DNA of 64,000 nucleotides from Vicinamibacteria bacterium (GCA_963555995.3 OY821641.1:1408001-1472000), one strand, 5' to 3'; shown: positions 1 through 9,871, numbered from the stretch's first letter. Notes: a model not told the origin generated them from the sequence alone. Program-made: numbers and translations.

Positions 1-1
1 C

Positions 2-937
2 CACGGCCAGTTCAACACGACCTGGGGCATGGACTCGGGTCTGTGGGGCATGTTCTGGCTCAATCGCGCCCCGCTTCTCGCCGCGTCCGAACAGCAACGG
101 ATGGCTCAGGTGTACGTCCTGGCGTTCCTGCGGGCCACCCTGCTGGGCGAGGCGGAATTCGTGCCGCTGCTCCGCGACCACCGCACCGGGGCGCCGTTCC
201 TCCCCGAGACCCGCTACCAGAGCCAGTACGCGGACTCCCGCACCCGCATCGTCGCGGGCTTCGAGGAGGACCTTCATCTCGCCACGGCGACCGCCGCCGG
301 CGCCACCATCGAGGCGCGCGGTCTCGCCGGCTGGAGCGAGGAGGAAGTCCTGTTCCGCGACGGTTCCAAGCAGGCCACCTCCGCCGTCCGGCTTGAGACG
401 TCGGGAGGCGAACAGGCCGAGGATCCGGTCTACGAGATTCGCTTCGCCGAACCGGTCGCCATGACCGGCGAGGACGATTTCGTGCTCTCCGTGGTCTGGC
501 GCCCGGAGCCGCCGGGAGACGGCGCCGAATCGCCGGCGGTGGCCCCGCCCCTCCCGATGACGGTGCAACTGCTGTTCCCCGACGAGGTGGAGGGGCCGGC
601 GTTCGCGATCGTGGACGCGATCTCCCCGGAGCCTCCCTTCGAGGTCCAGTTCCTGAAGTCGCGCCGGATGAATCGCGAGCGGTACCGCCGCATCGTCGAG
701 GAGATCCCGCAGACCGTCGCCGTCCGGGGCAGGAACCTCCTGCCGCCGCCACCTCCGCCCCCTCCCGTCCTGCCTGGCGTGGCGCCCGTCCCTCCGCCTC
801 CCGCCGCGCCGCCGCCGGTGATCGGCGTCCGCTTCCGGCTCGACCCGGAGATCGCCGGAAGCGTTCTGCTGGACGACGTGGGATTTCGGAGCGGTCTGGC
901 GGGCGGCCCGGGCGGGGCGGCGCCTGGCCCCTCGTGA
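2..937 (+). CDS. Alpha/beta-hydrolase family protein, C-terminal part (5' truncated by window edge)
   Basis: Frame is open from base 2 (HGQFNTTWG, a catalytic-His-like motif of chlorophyllase-type hydrolases). Pro-rich linker near the C-terminus. Stop overlaps the next gene. Confidence 0.6.
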   Translation, partial: HGQFNTTWGMDSGLWGMFWLNRAPLLAASEQQRMAQVYVLAFLRATLLGEAEFVPLLRDHRTGAPFLPETRYQSQYADSRTRIVAGFEEDLHLATATAAGATIEARGLAGWSEEEVLFRDGSKQATSAVRLETSGGEQAEDPVYEIRFAEPVAMTGEDDFVLSVVWRPEPPGDGAESPAVAPPLPMTVQLLFPDEVEGPAFAIVDAISPEPPFEVQFLKSRRMNRERYRRIVEEIPQTVAVRGRNLLPPPPPPPPVLPGVAPVPPPPAAPPPVIGVRFRLDPEIAGSVLLDDVGFRSGLAGGPGGAAPGPS

Positions 938-1713
938 TTGCCGGTTCCGTCGCCGCGGGACCGCCCGCGGCGGGACTCGAGGGCCTGGTCGCCCAACTGA
1001 CCGCGGCCGGGGCGGAGGGGGCGCGGCGCCGGCCCCGCGTCACCATCAGCTACGCCCAGAGTCTCGACGGTTCCATCGCCGCGAGGCCGGGGGAGCCGCT
1101 CCGGCTCAGCGGCTCGCGTTCGCTGGAACTCACGCACCGGCTGCGCGCCGGCCACGACGCCATCCTGGTGGGAATCGGAACGGTGCTGGCCGACGATCCG
1201 CGGCTCAACGTAAGGCTCGTAGCCGGCGACAGCCCCCTTCCGATCATCCTCGACGGCCGGCTTCGGCTACCGCCCACCGCCCGGCTCCTCCGGGGCCGTG
1301 GAGCTGTCGGGGCCGCTCCTCCGCCGCTCGTCGCGACGAGCTTCGAGGCGTCGCGTGAGCGGGCCGCCCGGCTTCGCGCCGCCGGGGTGACGGTGCGGAG
1401 GTTCCGTTCACCGAACGGGCGGGTGCCGCTCCGATCCGTCATGCGCGCCCTGCACCGGCGCGGCGTGCGGAGGCTGCTCGTCGAGGGCGGCGGCCGGGTG
1501 CTCACCTCGATGTTCGCCGAACGGCTCGCGGATTGGGTCGTGATTACCGTCGCCCCCCGGCTGGTCGGCGGCGAGCCGGCCCTCGCCCGCGTGCCGGCGC
1601 CCGTGGACCTCGCGGGACTCGGCTGGGCGCGTCTCGACGACGATCTCGTGTTCGCCGGGCGCCCCCGGTTCGGCGCCTCGCGGCGCGTCGCTTCCACGGG
1701 GCGCGCGGTCTGA
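934..1713 (+). CDS. RibD C-terminal (pyrimidine reductase) domain protein
   Basis: Motifs YAQSLDGSIA, HRLRAGHDAILVGIGTVLADDPRL and LLVEGGG; no deaminase domain. Confidence 0.9.
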   Translation: MIAGSVAAGPPAAGLEGLVAQLTAAGAEGARRRPRVTISYAQSLDGSIAARPGEPLRLSGSRSLELTHRLRAGHDAILVGIGTVLADDPRLNVRLVAGDSPLPIILDGRLRLPPTARLLRGRGAVGAAPPPLVATSFEASRERAARLRAAGVTVRRFRSPNGRVPLRSVMRALHRRGVRRLLVEGGGRVLTSMFAERLADWVVITVAPRLVGGEPALARVPAPVDLAGLGWARLDDDLVFAGRPRFGASRRVASTGRAV

Positions 1714-1717
1714 CTCC

Positions 1718-2755
1718 GTGACCGGACCGGCCTCGGTCGCGGAGCGGCTCTCCGTATGGTTCGAGGGGCCGCGCCGCGTCGCCGTGCGCCGCGGGCCGGC
1801 GCCCGAGCCCGGAGCCGGCGAGGCGCGGGTGCGAACGGGCGTCTCGGCGATCAGCACGGGCACCGAACTCGCCGCCTGGCGCGGAGAACTGGACCCTGCG
1901 CTTCCACGGGACGAAACCCTGGGCGCGCACGCGGGCGGCTCGTTCCGGTTCCCTTTTCCCTACGGCTATGCCTCGGTGGGCCGGCTGGAAGCGCTGGGAC
2001 CCGCCGCGCCGGCCGGCGCGCCGTCGCCTGGTTCCCGGGTGTTCGCCTTCGTGCCCCACCAGAGCGTGTTCTGCGCGCCGGTGGGTGACTTGCTCCCCGT
2101 CCCGGCGGGCGTCCCGGACGAGCGCGCGGCGCTCTTCCCCTATCTCGAAACGGCGGTGAACCTGCTCCTCGACGGGGCGCCCCGGATCGGGGAGCGGGTG
2201 GTTGTCGTGGGTCAGGGAGTGCTCGGGCTGGCCCTCACCGCGCTGCTCTCCCGGTATCCGCTCGGCGGGCTGATCGCCGTGGAACCGAAGCCCGAGCGCC
2301 GCCGCCGGTCGCTGGAGTTCGGGGCGTACGAGGCGGTCACGCCCGAAGAGGCCCGGGAGAGCGTTCACCGGGCTTTCCCCGGCGGCGCCGAACTGGTCTT
2401 CGAGGTCTCGGGCAACCGGTCGGCGCTCGACTCGGCGATCCGGGCCGCGGCGCGCGACGGGCGCGTGGTCGCGGGTTCCTGGCTGGCCGGGGGAGCGACG
2501 CCGCTCGACCTGGGCGGCTGGTTCCACCGGGGGCGGGTCCGGATCGTTTCGAGCCAGGTGAGCCACCTGCCCCCGCTGGAGCCGTCCTGGACCATCGAGC
2601 GCCGCCGCCGGACCGCGTGGGAACTGCTCGGCAGCGTTCCCCTCGAGACCCTGGTGACTCTCCGGGTCCCGCTCGCGGACGCGGGGAGGGCCTACGCGCG
2701 GCTCGACGCGGGGGAGGAACTCGCGGCGCTGCTGGTCAGCAGCAGTTCGGGCTGA
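1718..2755 (+). CDS. Zinc-binding alcohol dehydrogenase (MDR) family protein
   Basis: SAISTGTE, PFPYGYASVG, Rossmann GQGVLG, FEVSGN. Confidence 0.85.
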   Translation: MTGPASVAERLSVWFEGPRRVAVRRGPAPEPGAGEARVRTGVSAISTGTELAAWRGELDPALPRDETLGAHAGGSFRFPFPYGYASVGRLEALGPAAPAGAPSPGSRVFAFVPHQSVFCAPVGDLLPVPAGVPDERAALFPYLETAVNLLLDGAPRIGERVVVVGQGVLGLALTALLSRYPLGGLIAVEPKPERRRRSLEFGAYEAVTPEEARESVHRAFPGGAELVFEVSGNRSALDSAIRAAARDGRVVAGSWLAGGATPLDLGGWFHRGRVRIVSSQVSHLPPLEPSWTIERRRRTAWELLGSVPLETLVTLRVPLADAGRAYARLDAGEELAALLVSSSSG

Positions 2756-4902
2756 GCCGGTTCCGGAGCGTTCCCCTGCTCCACCGGGGGGGCGGACGGC
2801 GCCCGGGTTTCCTGGATCCTTGCGATCTGCGCGCGTTCCGCTTCGGCCTGTTCGGCGAGCCACCGGTAGATGGACTCCTGGGCGGCCCGCCGCGGCGTTC
2901 CCGGGGGAACCCGCTGGTTCCTGCCTGCCGAGTCGTGGTTTCGGGCCTTGCAGTTGTCGGCCCACTGCAGATCGAGGTAGCGCCGCAACTGGTTCTTGAT
3001 CCGCTCGTCGTAGATCGGGAAGGCGACCTCGATGCGCTGGCCGAAGTTGCGCGGCATCCAGTCGGCGGACGTGCAGTAGTAGAGCGGGTCCCCGCCGTTT
3101 CCGAAGACGAGGATCCGGGAGTGCTCGAGGTAGCGGTCGAGGATGGAGATCGCCTTGAAGTCGGCCCTTGCCGGCAGGTTCTCGGTGGGAACCGAGAAGG
3201 TGCCCCGGACGATCAGGCGGATCCGGACCCCGGCCTCGGCCGCTTCCTCCAGCAGGGCGATGACCTCCGGATGCGTCAGGTGGTTCAGCTTCACCTCGAT
3301 GGAGGCCGGCTCGCCGCGCCGGGCGCGCGCGATCTCCGCGTGGATGAGGTGATCCACCGTGGTCCGGAGAGTCCAGGGCGAGACGACGAGATGGTCCATC
3401 TCGCGGGTCTCGTACGGCCGGCGAATGACTCGGAAGAGGCGGGCCAGATCCCGGCAGATCCCTTCGTGGGTGGTCAGGAGGAAGTGGTCGGCGTAGAGGT
3501 TCGCGGTGTCCTCGTTCAGGTTCCCGGTGCCGATGAAGCCGTAGAGGGCGCGCCGGCCCCGCTCCCGGCGCTCGATGAGACCCATCTTGGCGTGGATCTT
3601 GAGGTCCTCCGGGCCGAAGACCACGCGGACTCCCTCGCGAGTGAGGACATCGGTGAACTCGATGTTGGTGGTCTCGTCGAAGCGGGCGGTGAGCTCCACC
3701 ACCGCGGTGACCTTCTTGCCGTTGCGCGCCGCGTTGACCAGGGCGTTCACCACCCCGGAGTTGTTCGCGACCCGGTACATGGTCACCGAGATCCGGGTGA
3801 CCTTGGGATCAATGGCCGCTTCCCGGAGCAGATCGATCAGGTACGAGAAGCGCTGGTAGGGCGTCTGGATCAGGATGTCCCGGCGCCGCATCGCCCGCAT
3901 GATGGAACGCTCGCGATCGATGGCGGGAAGGCCCAGGGTCGGCCAGGGCTCGTAGCGAAGACCGCTCCTGACCAGCGGAAAGCGGATGAAGTCCTTGAAG
4001 TTGTGATGCCGCCCGCCCGGTACCAGCACGCTCCGGTCGTGGATCTGGAGACTCCGGCAGAGGGCCTCCAGCAGGTCGCCGGGCATGGTCTGGTCGAAGA
4101 CGAAGCGCACGAGCGAAGCGGTCAGCCGCCGCCGCACGCTCTTTTCCACCTTGCGCAGATAGCTGTCCTGCGGGCTGCCGTTGAGGTCGAGCCCCGAATC
4201 CCGGGTGATCTTGACGACGTAGCCCTCGGCGGTTTCCACCTGGAAGATGGAAAAGATCTCCGGGAGCCGGTAGCGGATCACGTCCTCGAGCAGGATGACG
4301 TCGGTCCGCCCCGGCGCCGACGGCAGGCGGACGAAACGCCCCGCCGAGCGGGTGGGGATGTCCACGATGGCGTACATCGGCCGGCGCCGGCCGGAGCGCA
4401 GCACCCGGACGCCCAGGTAGATCTCCCGCTCGTCGAGATTGAGCGTCTGTCCGCTGCGTTCCAGCATGATCGGGGTCAGGTGTGGACGCACCTCGCGGAC
4501 GAAGTAGTCCTGGACGGTTTCCCCCTGCTCGGGGCTCAGGTCGGCTTCGGTGATGATGCGGATGCCGTGCTCTTCGAGTTCGCGCAGGAGGGCGTCGTAG
4601 GTCTGGAGAAAGAGCGCCTGGTCGCGCAGGATCTGGCGCTGGATGTCGGAGAGGAGGACCGACGGGTCCCGGTCGAAGAACCGCCGGCGGCTGGGACTGA
4701 TCTTCTGGATGCGCTGCAGCGCCGCCACCCGGACCCGGTAGTACTCGTCCTGGTTGCTCGAGAAGATGCCGAGGAAACGAAGCCGCTCGACAAGCGGAAC
4801 GGTCTCGTCCCGCGCTTCCTGGAGGACCCGGCCGTTGAACGCCAGTTGCGATACCTCGCGCGGAATGGCCGCGGTGGGACGGTGACGATGGTCGGGGGCC
4901 AT
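2692..4902 (-). CDS. ppk1: Polyphosphate kinase 1
   Basis: REVSQLAFNGRVLQEA, ERLRFLGIFSSNQDE, VELTARFDE, KIHAK, GTGNLNE, DRYLEHSR, SADWMPRN. Start placed at ATG 4902. Confidence 0.95.
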   Translation of the reverse strand: MAPDHRHRPTAAIPREVSQLAFNGRVLQEARDETVPLVERLRFLGIFSSNQDEYYRVRVAALQRIQKISPSRRRFFDRDPSVLLSDIQRQILRDQALFLQTYDALLRELEEHGIRIITEADLSPEQGETVQDYFVREVRPHLTPIMLERSGQTLNLDEREIYLGVRVLRSGRRRPMYAIVDIPTRSAGRFVRLPSAPGRTDVILLEDVIRYRLPEIFSIFQVETAEGYVVKITRDSGLDLNGSPQDSYLRKVEKSVRRRLTASLVRFVFDQTMPGDLLEALCRSLQIHDRSVLVPGGRHHNFKDFIRFPLVRSGLRYEPWPTLGLPAIDRERSIMRAMRRRDILIQTPYQRFSYLIDLLREAAIDPKVTRISVTMYRVANNSGVVNALVNAARNGKKVTAVVELTARFDETTNIEFTDVLTREGVRVVFGPEDLKIHAKMGLIERRERGRRALYGFIGTGNLNEDTANLYADHFLLTTHEGICRDLARLFRVIRRPYETREMDHLVVSPWTLRTTVDHLIHAEIARARRGEPASIEVKLNHLTHPEVIALLEEAAEAGVRIRLIVRGTFSVPTENLPARADFKAISILDRYLEHSRILVFGNGGDPLYYCTSADWMPRNFGQRIEVAFPIYDERIKNQLRRYLDLQWADNCKARNHDSAGRNQRVPPGTPRRAAQESIYRWLAEQAEAERAQIARIQETRAPSAPPVEQGNAPEPAQPELLLTSSAASSSPASSRA

Positions 4903-4952
4903 GAAACGGACGGTTTTCCGGGAAAATACCGGGCTCGGGGAAAGACTACGAC

Positions 4953-5753
4953 ATGGCAACGGACGGGTGGGCGCTGATCACCGGCGCCTCGACCGGGATC
5001 GGGCGCGAACTCGCGTCGCTCGCCGCCGCCGACGGGCGCGACGTGGTGCTCGTGGCCCGAAACGCGGGACGCCTCGAGCAGGCGGCGGAGGAAGTCCGCG
5101 CCGGGTACGGAGTGCGTGCGGTGGCGCTGTCGCTGGACCTCACCGAGCCGGGAGCCCCCGAGCGTCTCCACGCCGCCACCGGCGAGCGCGGCATGGAGGT
5201 TGACTTCCTCGTCAACAACGCCGGGTTCGGGATGAGCCGGCGCTTTGCGGACGTCCCGCTCGCGGTGCAGCGCTCGATGATTGGACTGAACCTGGCGGCG
5301 CTCAGCGACCTCTGCCACCTCTATCTCCCCGGGATGCTGGAGCGGGGCCGGGGAAGGATCCTGAACGTCGGCTCGGGCGCCGGTTACGTCCCGGGCCTCG
5401 GCTTCACGACCTACGCCTCCACCAAGGCCTTCGTCCTCCACCTCACCGAGGGGCTCGCCGGCGAGCTCGCGGGCACGGGGGTGACGGTGAGCGTGCTCTG
5501 TCCCGGCCCGGTGAACACCCCCTTCCTGGGAACGGCGGGCATCGAGGGCTTCTCGGGGATCCGCCGGCTCGCGCTCGCCGATCCGGGGCCGGTGGCCCGG
5601 GCGGGCTACCGGGGGGCTCTCCGCGGGAAGGTGGTGATCAACCCCGGCTTCTTTCCCCGGCTCGTCCCGTGGGTGCCGCGCCTGCTGCCGCGGTTCGCGG
5701 TGCGCTGGCTCGGGAGGCAGGTGGGCCGCCAGATGGCGCGGAGGACCGGGTGA
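4953..5753 (+). CDS. Short-chain dehydrogenase/reductase
   Basis: TGASTGIG, NNAG and YxxxK (YASTK) motifs. Confidence 0.92.
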   Translation: MATDGWALITGASTGIGRELASLAAADGRDVVLVARNAGRLEQAAEEVRAGYGVRAVALSLDLTEPGAPERLHAATGERGMEVDFLVNNAGFGMSRRFADVPLAVQRSMIGLNLAALSDLCHLYLPGMLERGRGRILNVGSGAGYVPGLGFTTYASTKAFVLHLTEGLAGELAGTGVTVSVLCPGPVNTPFLGTAGIEGFSGIRRLALADPGPVARAGYRGALRGKVVINPGFFPRLVPWVPRLLPRFAVRWLGRQVGRQMARRTG

Positions 5754-6232
5754 GCGGCGTCGCGCTGCCGGCGCACCGGCACCTCGACGCGCTCGGAGTC
5801 CCCTGGGAGCGGCGGACCTTCCCGGCGGCAACGCCCAAGGGCGCCGCTTCGGTGGCCCACGCGCTCGGCTACCGCGAGAGCCAGATGGTGAAGACGCTGA
5901 TCTTCCAGTCGGGAACGGGCGAGCGGGCGCTGATCGCGGTGGGCGGCGACCGGAACGTCATCTCCGGAAAGCTGAAGAAGGCGATGGGCAACCGGAACAT
6001 CCGGCTCGCGAGTCCGGAAGCCGTGATCGAGTTCACCGGCTACCGGATCGGCTCGATCCCACCGTTCTCCTGGCAGCGGGAAGGCACCCGGACGTTCATT
6101 GACGAAGACCTCATGGAGGAGCCGGTCCTCGGCGTCGGCGCCGGCGTCTGGGGCGAAGAAATCCTCATCACCCCCGCCAACCTCGTCCGCGCCTCGAACG
6201 GCATCGTCGTCAACCTGACCCGCCGCGAGTAG
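5750..6232 (+). CDS. YbaK/EbsC aminoacyl-tRNA deacylase family protein
   Basis: QMVKTLIF, TGYRIGSIPPF, VGAG; GTG start overlaps the SDR stop. Confidence 0.88.
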   Translation: MSGVALPAHRHLDALGVPWERRTFPAATPKGAASVAHALGYRESQMVKTLIFQSGTGERALIAVGGDRNVISGKLKKAMGNRNIRLASPEAVIEFTGYRIGSIPPFSWQREGTRTFIDEDLMEEPVLGVGAGVWGEEILITPANLVRASNGIVVNLTRRE

Positions 6233-6271
6233 GGGACGCCCCCACCCGGGACCGCATGACGCCCCCGGCCC

Positions 6272-6440
6272 GGACCGCCGGTCTCCAGACCGGCACGCGC
6301 GGCCCTCCGCGCCGCACACGTCCCGACCGCACCTACCCTCACAGCGCGTACGGCTCGGAACGTCATCCGGCGAAGATGGCGCCTCCGGCTTGGAACGCCG
6401 GTCTCCAGACCGGCACGTGCGGCGCTCCGCGTCGCACACA
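6272..6440 (+). repeat. Two direct copies of a ~49-bp REP-like palindromic element
   Basis: GGAmCGCCGGTCTCCAGACCGGCACGyGCGGCsCTCCGCGyCGCACAC at 6272 and 6392; core hairpin GCCGGTCT-CC-AGACCGGC. Confidence 0.8.
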
Positions 6441-6497
6441 GCACACCCCTGATCCACCTCAGGGCACCGCCGCCCGCCGCCTGCTAATTTCCCGGCC

Positions 6498-7590
6498 ATG
6501 AGCGCCCGGAAGAGCCGGCTGGTCGCGCTTGCCCTTCTGCTTCCGCTCGTCGCCGTGTCCTGGATTCCCGCTGCCCAGGACGACCGCACCCCTCGACGAC
6601 GCCTACACCGTCTGGCTCTGTCCCATGCACCGGGACCACCAGTCGCACGGAGAAGGGAACTGCCCGCTCTGCGGGATGGCGCTCGTCCGCCGGACCCTGG
6701 TGACCCGTTACGTCTGCCTGGCCCAGGAGGACGGCGTGGTGGAGGAGGGACCCGGCATCTGTCCCGACACCGGGGATCCGCTGGTCCCGGCGACACGGGA
6801 AGTGGTCTGGTTCTGCCCCTCCGACCCCGATCGGATGTTCGTGGAACCCGGGGTCTGCGAGGGCGACCGCCCCCGCGCGATGACGACCCGGGTGTCCGCG
6901 CACGGCGACCACAACCCGCGGCACGGCGGAATCCTGTTCATGGCGCCGGACGGAGTGCACCACCTCGAAGGCGTGCTCGAAGACGGGGCCTTCCGCCTCT
7001 ATTTCTACGATTCCTTCACCCGGCCCATCGAGCCGGAACCCTTCGGCGCGCGGGCGGTTCCGGCGGACGAGCGCGGGGCGCCGCTCGGCGAGCCGGTGGC
7101 GCTCGCGTCGGCCCCCGGCGCCCTCGATACGCCGGTCGAGGCCGCGGCCGGAGAACGGGCGGCCTTCACCGCCTTCGTGCAGTTCCCCGACCGCGACGAG
7201 GAAGACCGCTTCGACTTCATCTTCCTTTCGGATGCGGAAAAGGCCGCCCTTGCCGCGGAGACCGCCCCCACCGCGCTGCCCGAACTGCGGGTCCCCGACA
7301 CTCCCCAGGCGATCCTCGACGCCATCCGCGCCCGCGACCGGCGGGTCCAGGCGCTGATCGCCCAGGGCCGCTGGGCCGATCTCTTCATCCCGGCGCTGGA
7401 AGCCAAGGACCTGGCGCTGGCCTACGGCGAAGAGGCTTCGGATCGTCCCTGGGTGGCGCTCAAGCGGATCGTGCGGGGCGCCTGGCTGCTCGACCTTCAC
7501 GGCGATCAGGGCGACCGGGTCCGCGTCGGGGAGGCCTACGAGATCTTCGCGGAGGGGATGCGGGGGCTCCCGGAGCGGGCGCCGGAGTAG
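6498..7590 (+). CDS. Exported heavy-metal-binding (CPMH/HMBD repeat) protein with an apparent frameshift near 6585
   Basis: Signal peptide MSARKSRLVALALLLPLVAVSWIPAAQD is in the 6498 frame. WLCPMH, CPLCGMAL, CPDTG and HGDHNPRHGG are in the 6529 frame. Confidence 0.7.
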
Positions 7591-7600
7591 GGGCAATCGA

Positions 7601-8719
7601 ATGAAGCGACCCGGAAGAATCGCCGCGGTGCTGACCGGCCTCGCCGCCGGGACGGCGGCGATCCTGGTCGCGGTCCCCGGTTGGTTCGGCGCTGCGAGCG
7701 CCCATGAACCGGAACTCTCCCGCTACGGCTACTGGCGCGACATCCGTCCTCTCCTGGAGCAACACTGCGCTTCCTGCCACTCGGGGACCGGCCCCGCACC
7801 GGTCAACCTGATGCGCTACCTCGACGCGCTGCCGTGGGCCAACTCCATCGCCCGCCAGGTACTCCAGCGCCGGATGCCCCCCTGGTTGCCCGACGACGGC
7901 ACCGGCGATTTCGCGCATGCCCGGACGCTCGACGATCGGGAGACGGACATGCTCGTGGACTGGGCGATCGGGCTGGCCCCCGAGGGACCGGCTCCGGAGG
8001 ATGAGCCGGAGATTCCGGGCGCGGGGGCGGATTTGCCACCGAGCCGGCTCACGTTGGCCGAGCCGGTCGTCATCGGCGCGATGGAGTCCGTGGCAGCCGT
8101 GTGCCAACCGCTGGTCCGGGGTGAGGGAGTGGGGACGGCGGCAGCCGGTTTCGCGCTGATTCCCGGCGAGGCGGTCTCTATCCTGCGCCGGGCCGTGCTG
8201 TACGCCGGCGACGACTGCGCGAGCGGAGCGCCGCTCTTCACCTGGGTGGTGGGGCAGGGACCGCGCCTGCGGCCGGAGGGTGTCTTCGACCGCCTGCCGG
8301 AGCACACGGGTCTCTTCCTCCATCTGTCCTACCGCAAGGGCTTCGACACCGAGGGCCTGGAGTTCGAGGATGCGCCCCAGGTGGTGGTCTTCCCGCCCCT
8401 TGCGGACCGGACACGCGTCGTCGAGATGCTGGCGGTCGAGCCGGGAACCACCCCGGTGGGCCCGGCGACCCTCCTCTCCGTCCTGCCGCCCGAAGGACTC
8501 GACCCTGGCCCGGACGGATTCGCGGTGGAGGCCGTGGGAGACGACGGGGCGGTGACGCCGCTGCTGCGCATCCGCCGCTTCGATGCCGACTGGGCCGAGA
8601 AGTTCGCCTTCCGGGAGCCGGTGCGGCTGGCCGACGGCGCCGCCATCCGGGTCTCCCATCCGGGAGCGATTCTGGATCTGGTTCGCAGGCCGCCCGCCGG
8701 ACCCGACGACGATCCGTAG
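7601..8719 (+). CDS. Exported c-type heme protein (CxxCH), resembling cytochrome c/copper monooxygenase-like proteins
   Basis: Signal peptide; IRPLLEQHCASCH; RRMPPW; DWA..F.F..PV.L..G C-terminal pattern. Confidence 0.65.
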   Translation: MKRPGRIAAVLTGLAAGTAAILVAVPGWFGAASAHEPELSRYGYWRDIRPLLEQHCASCHSGTGPAPVNLMRYLDALPWANSIARQVLQRRMPPWLPDDGTGDFAHARTLDDRETDMLVDWAIGLAPEGPAPEDEPEIPGAGADLPPSRLTLAEPVVIGAMESVAAVCQPLVRGEGVGTAAAGFALIPGEAVSILRRAVLYAGDDCASGAPLFTWVVGQGPRLRPEGVFDRLPEHTGLFLHLSYRKGFDTEGLEFEDAPQVVVFPPLADRTRVVEMLAVEPGTTPVGPATLLSVLPPEGLDPGPDGFAVEAVGDDGAVTPLLRIRRFDADWAEKFAFREPVRLADGAAIRVSHPGAILDLVRRPPAGPDDDP

Positions 8720-8978
8720 GGGCGAGGTTTCTCGCCGCGATGAGCACCCCTGCGGGTCGGAGGCCGTCCGGCTCGCGCGGGCTCACCCGGCGCGCCCTGC
8801 TCGGGTTGGGTGCGCGGCGCGAGGCAGTTCAGCCCGATGATCTGAGTCGTTCGGAATACGCCGGTTGGAGGTCCGCGTGAAACGGAGGGGAGTGGACGTC
8901 CGGGCCCGACCCGGCTACGTGACGCGACGGTGAGGAACGGGGATGGGGGTCGCCACCCAGCCCGGTGGCGCAGACGGC

Positions 8979-9010
8979 CTGGAACGCCGGCCTCCGACCG
9001 GCATCGCGCG
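8979..9010 (+). repeat. REP-like palindrome, diverged copy
   Basis: CTGGAACGCCGGCCTCCGACCGGCATCGCG, same family as the copy at 6392. Confidence 0.6.
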
Positions 9011-9086
9011 GGAGCGCGAAACGAGCGCCCGTGGTCCACCGCCAGGCGAACGCGAGCGCGGCACTCGGAGTGCATTGTCGTCAGTG

Positions 9087-9137
9087 TTGGCCTTACATAT
9101 TGCATGTGTCAATGCAAAACACTATAGTCAAGGCCAA
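9087..9137 (+). promoter_or_regulatory. Sigma70-like promoter with nested inverted-repeat operator of the TA operon
   Basis: TTGCAT (9100)-17 nt-TATAGT (9123). Inverted repeats TTGGCCTT...AAGGCCAA and TTGCAT...ATGCAA bracket it. Confidence 0.65.
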
Positions 9138-9148
9138 TAGAAGCTTGC

Positions 9149-9382
9149 ATGCTTGAGTCCACGATCACTTCCCGGGGACAGACCACCGTGCCGAAGGCGG
9201 TCCGCGACGCCTTGGAACTGAAGGCCGGCGATCGGGTCCGCTACACGATCGAGGGTTCCGTGGTGCGGATCTGCCCGCTCAGGCCGATTGCAAGACTGCG
9301 TGGCATCGTGAAGCACAAGGGGCCGCCGTTGTCGCTTGAGGACATGGATCGGGCCATCGCCGAGGGTGCTTGCGAGTCTTGA
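9149..9382 (+). CDS. vapB: AbrB/MazE/SpoVT family antitoxin
   Basis: STITSRGQTTVPKAVRDALELKAGDRVRY; overlaps the PIN gene. Confidence 0.9.
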   Translation: MLESTITSRGQTTVPKAVRDALELKAGDRVRYTIEGSVVRICPLRPIARLRGIVKHKGPPLSLEDMDRAIAEGACES

Positions 9383-9792
9383 TCGCCCTTGACACGAACA
9401 TCCTCGTCCGATTTCTAACCGGCGACGATCCTGCTCAACAGGCGGAGGCGAGTGCTCTCCTCGATCGTTTGACTCCGGAGGAACCAGGTTTCATTGCGCG
9501 CGAGGTAGTGCTCGAACTGGTGTGGGTGCTTGGCCGCGGCTACGGCGTGCCGCGCAAACGAATCGCGGAGATCCTTGGCGAACTGCTCGAAACCCGAGGT
9601 CTGCTGTTTGAAAGTGCCGCAGATGTCGCCCATGCAGCCGCCGAATACGGACGGGGTGGCCCGGAGTTTGCCGACCGGATGATCCTCGCGGCGGCGCAGC
9701 GGGTGGAGGCCGTCCCTCTCTATACGTTCGACTACGGACTCTCCCGGTTACGTGACGCCGCCGCGGTCACGCGGCGTGATCTCCGGGAGTAG
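9379..9792 (+). CDS. vapC: PIN-domain toxin
   Basis: IALDTNILVRFL, ELVWVL, FADRMI, YTFD; TTG start overlaps the antitoxin stop. Confidence 0.9.
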   Translation: MIALDTNILVRFLTGDDPAQQAEASALLDRLTPEEPGFIAREVVLELVWVLGRGYGVPRKRIAEILGELLETRGLLFESAADVAHAAAEYGRGGPEFADRMILAAAQRVEAVPLYTFDYGLSRLRDAAAVTRRDLRE

Positions 9793-9822
9793 ACGCGGCG
9801 ACATCCCGACCGCCGTACAGCA

Positions 9823-9854
9823 AACGGGGGCGGCGCGGGTGCGCCGCCCCCGTT
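9823..9854. terminator. Strong hairpin between convergent genes (probable bidirectional terminator)
   Basis: AACGGGGGCGGCGC-GGGT-GCGCCGCCCCCGTT, a 14-bp perfect stem. Confidence 0.6.
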
Positions 9855-9871
9855 GCTGACGTTCGCTGGAC

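Noticed and set aside
743-818. CCG-rich low-complexity tract
   Set aside because: Encodes a poly-proline linker within the CDS; not a separate element.
2617-4977. 786-aa plus-strand ORF, and similar long shadow ORFs (15740-18379, 9902-11530, 36376-38505, 59864-61423)
   Set aside because: Antisense or alternate-frame shadows of real genes, expected in high-GC DNA; no domain motifs.
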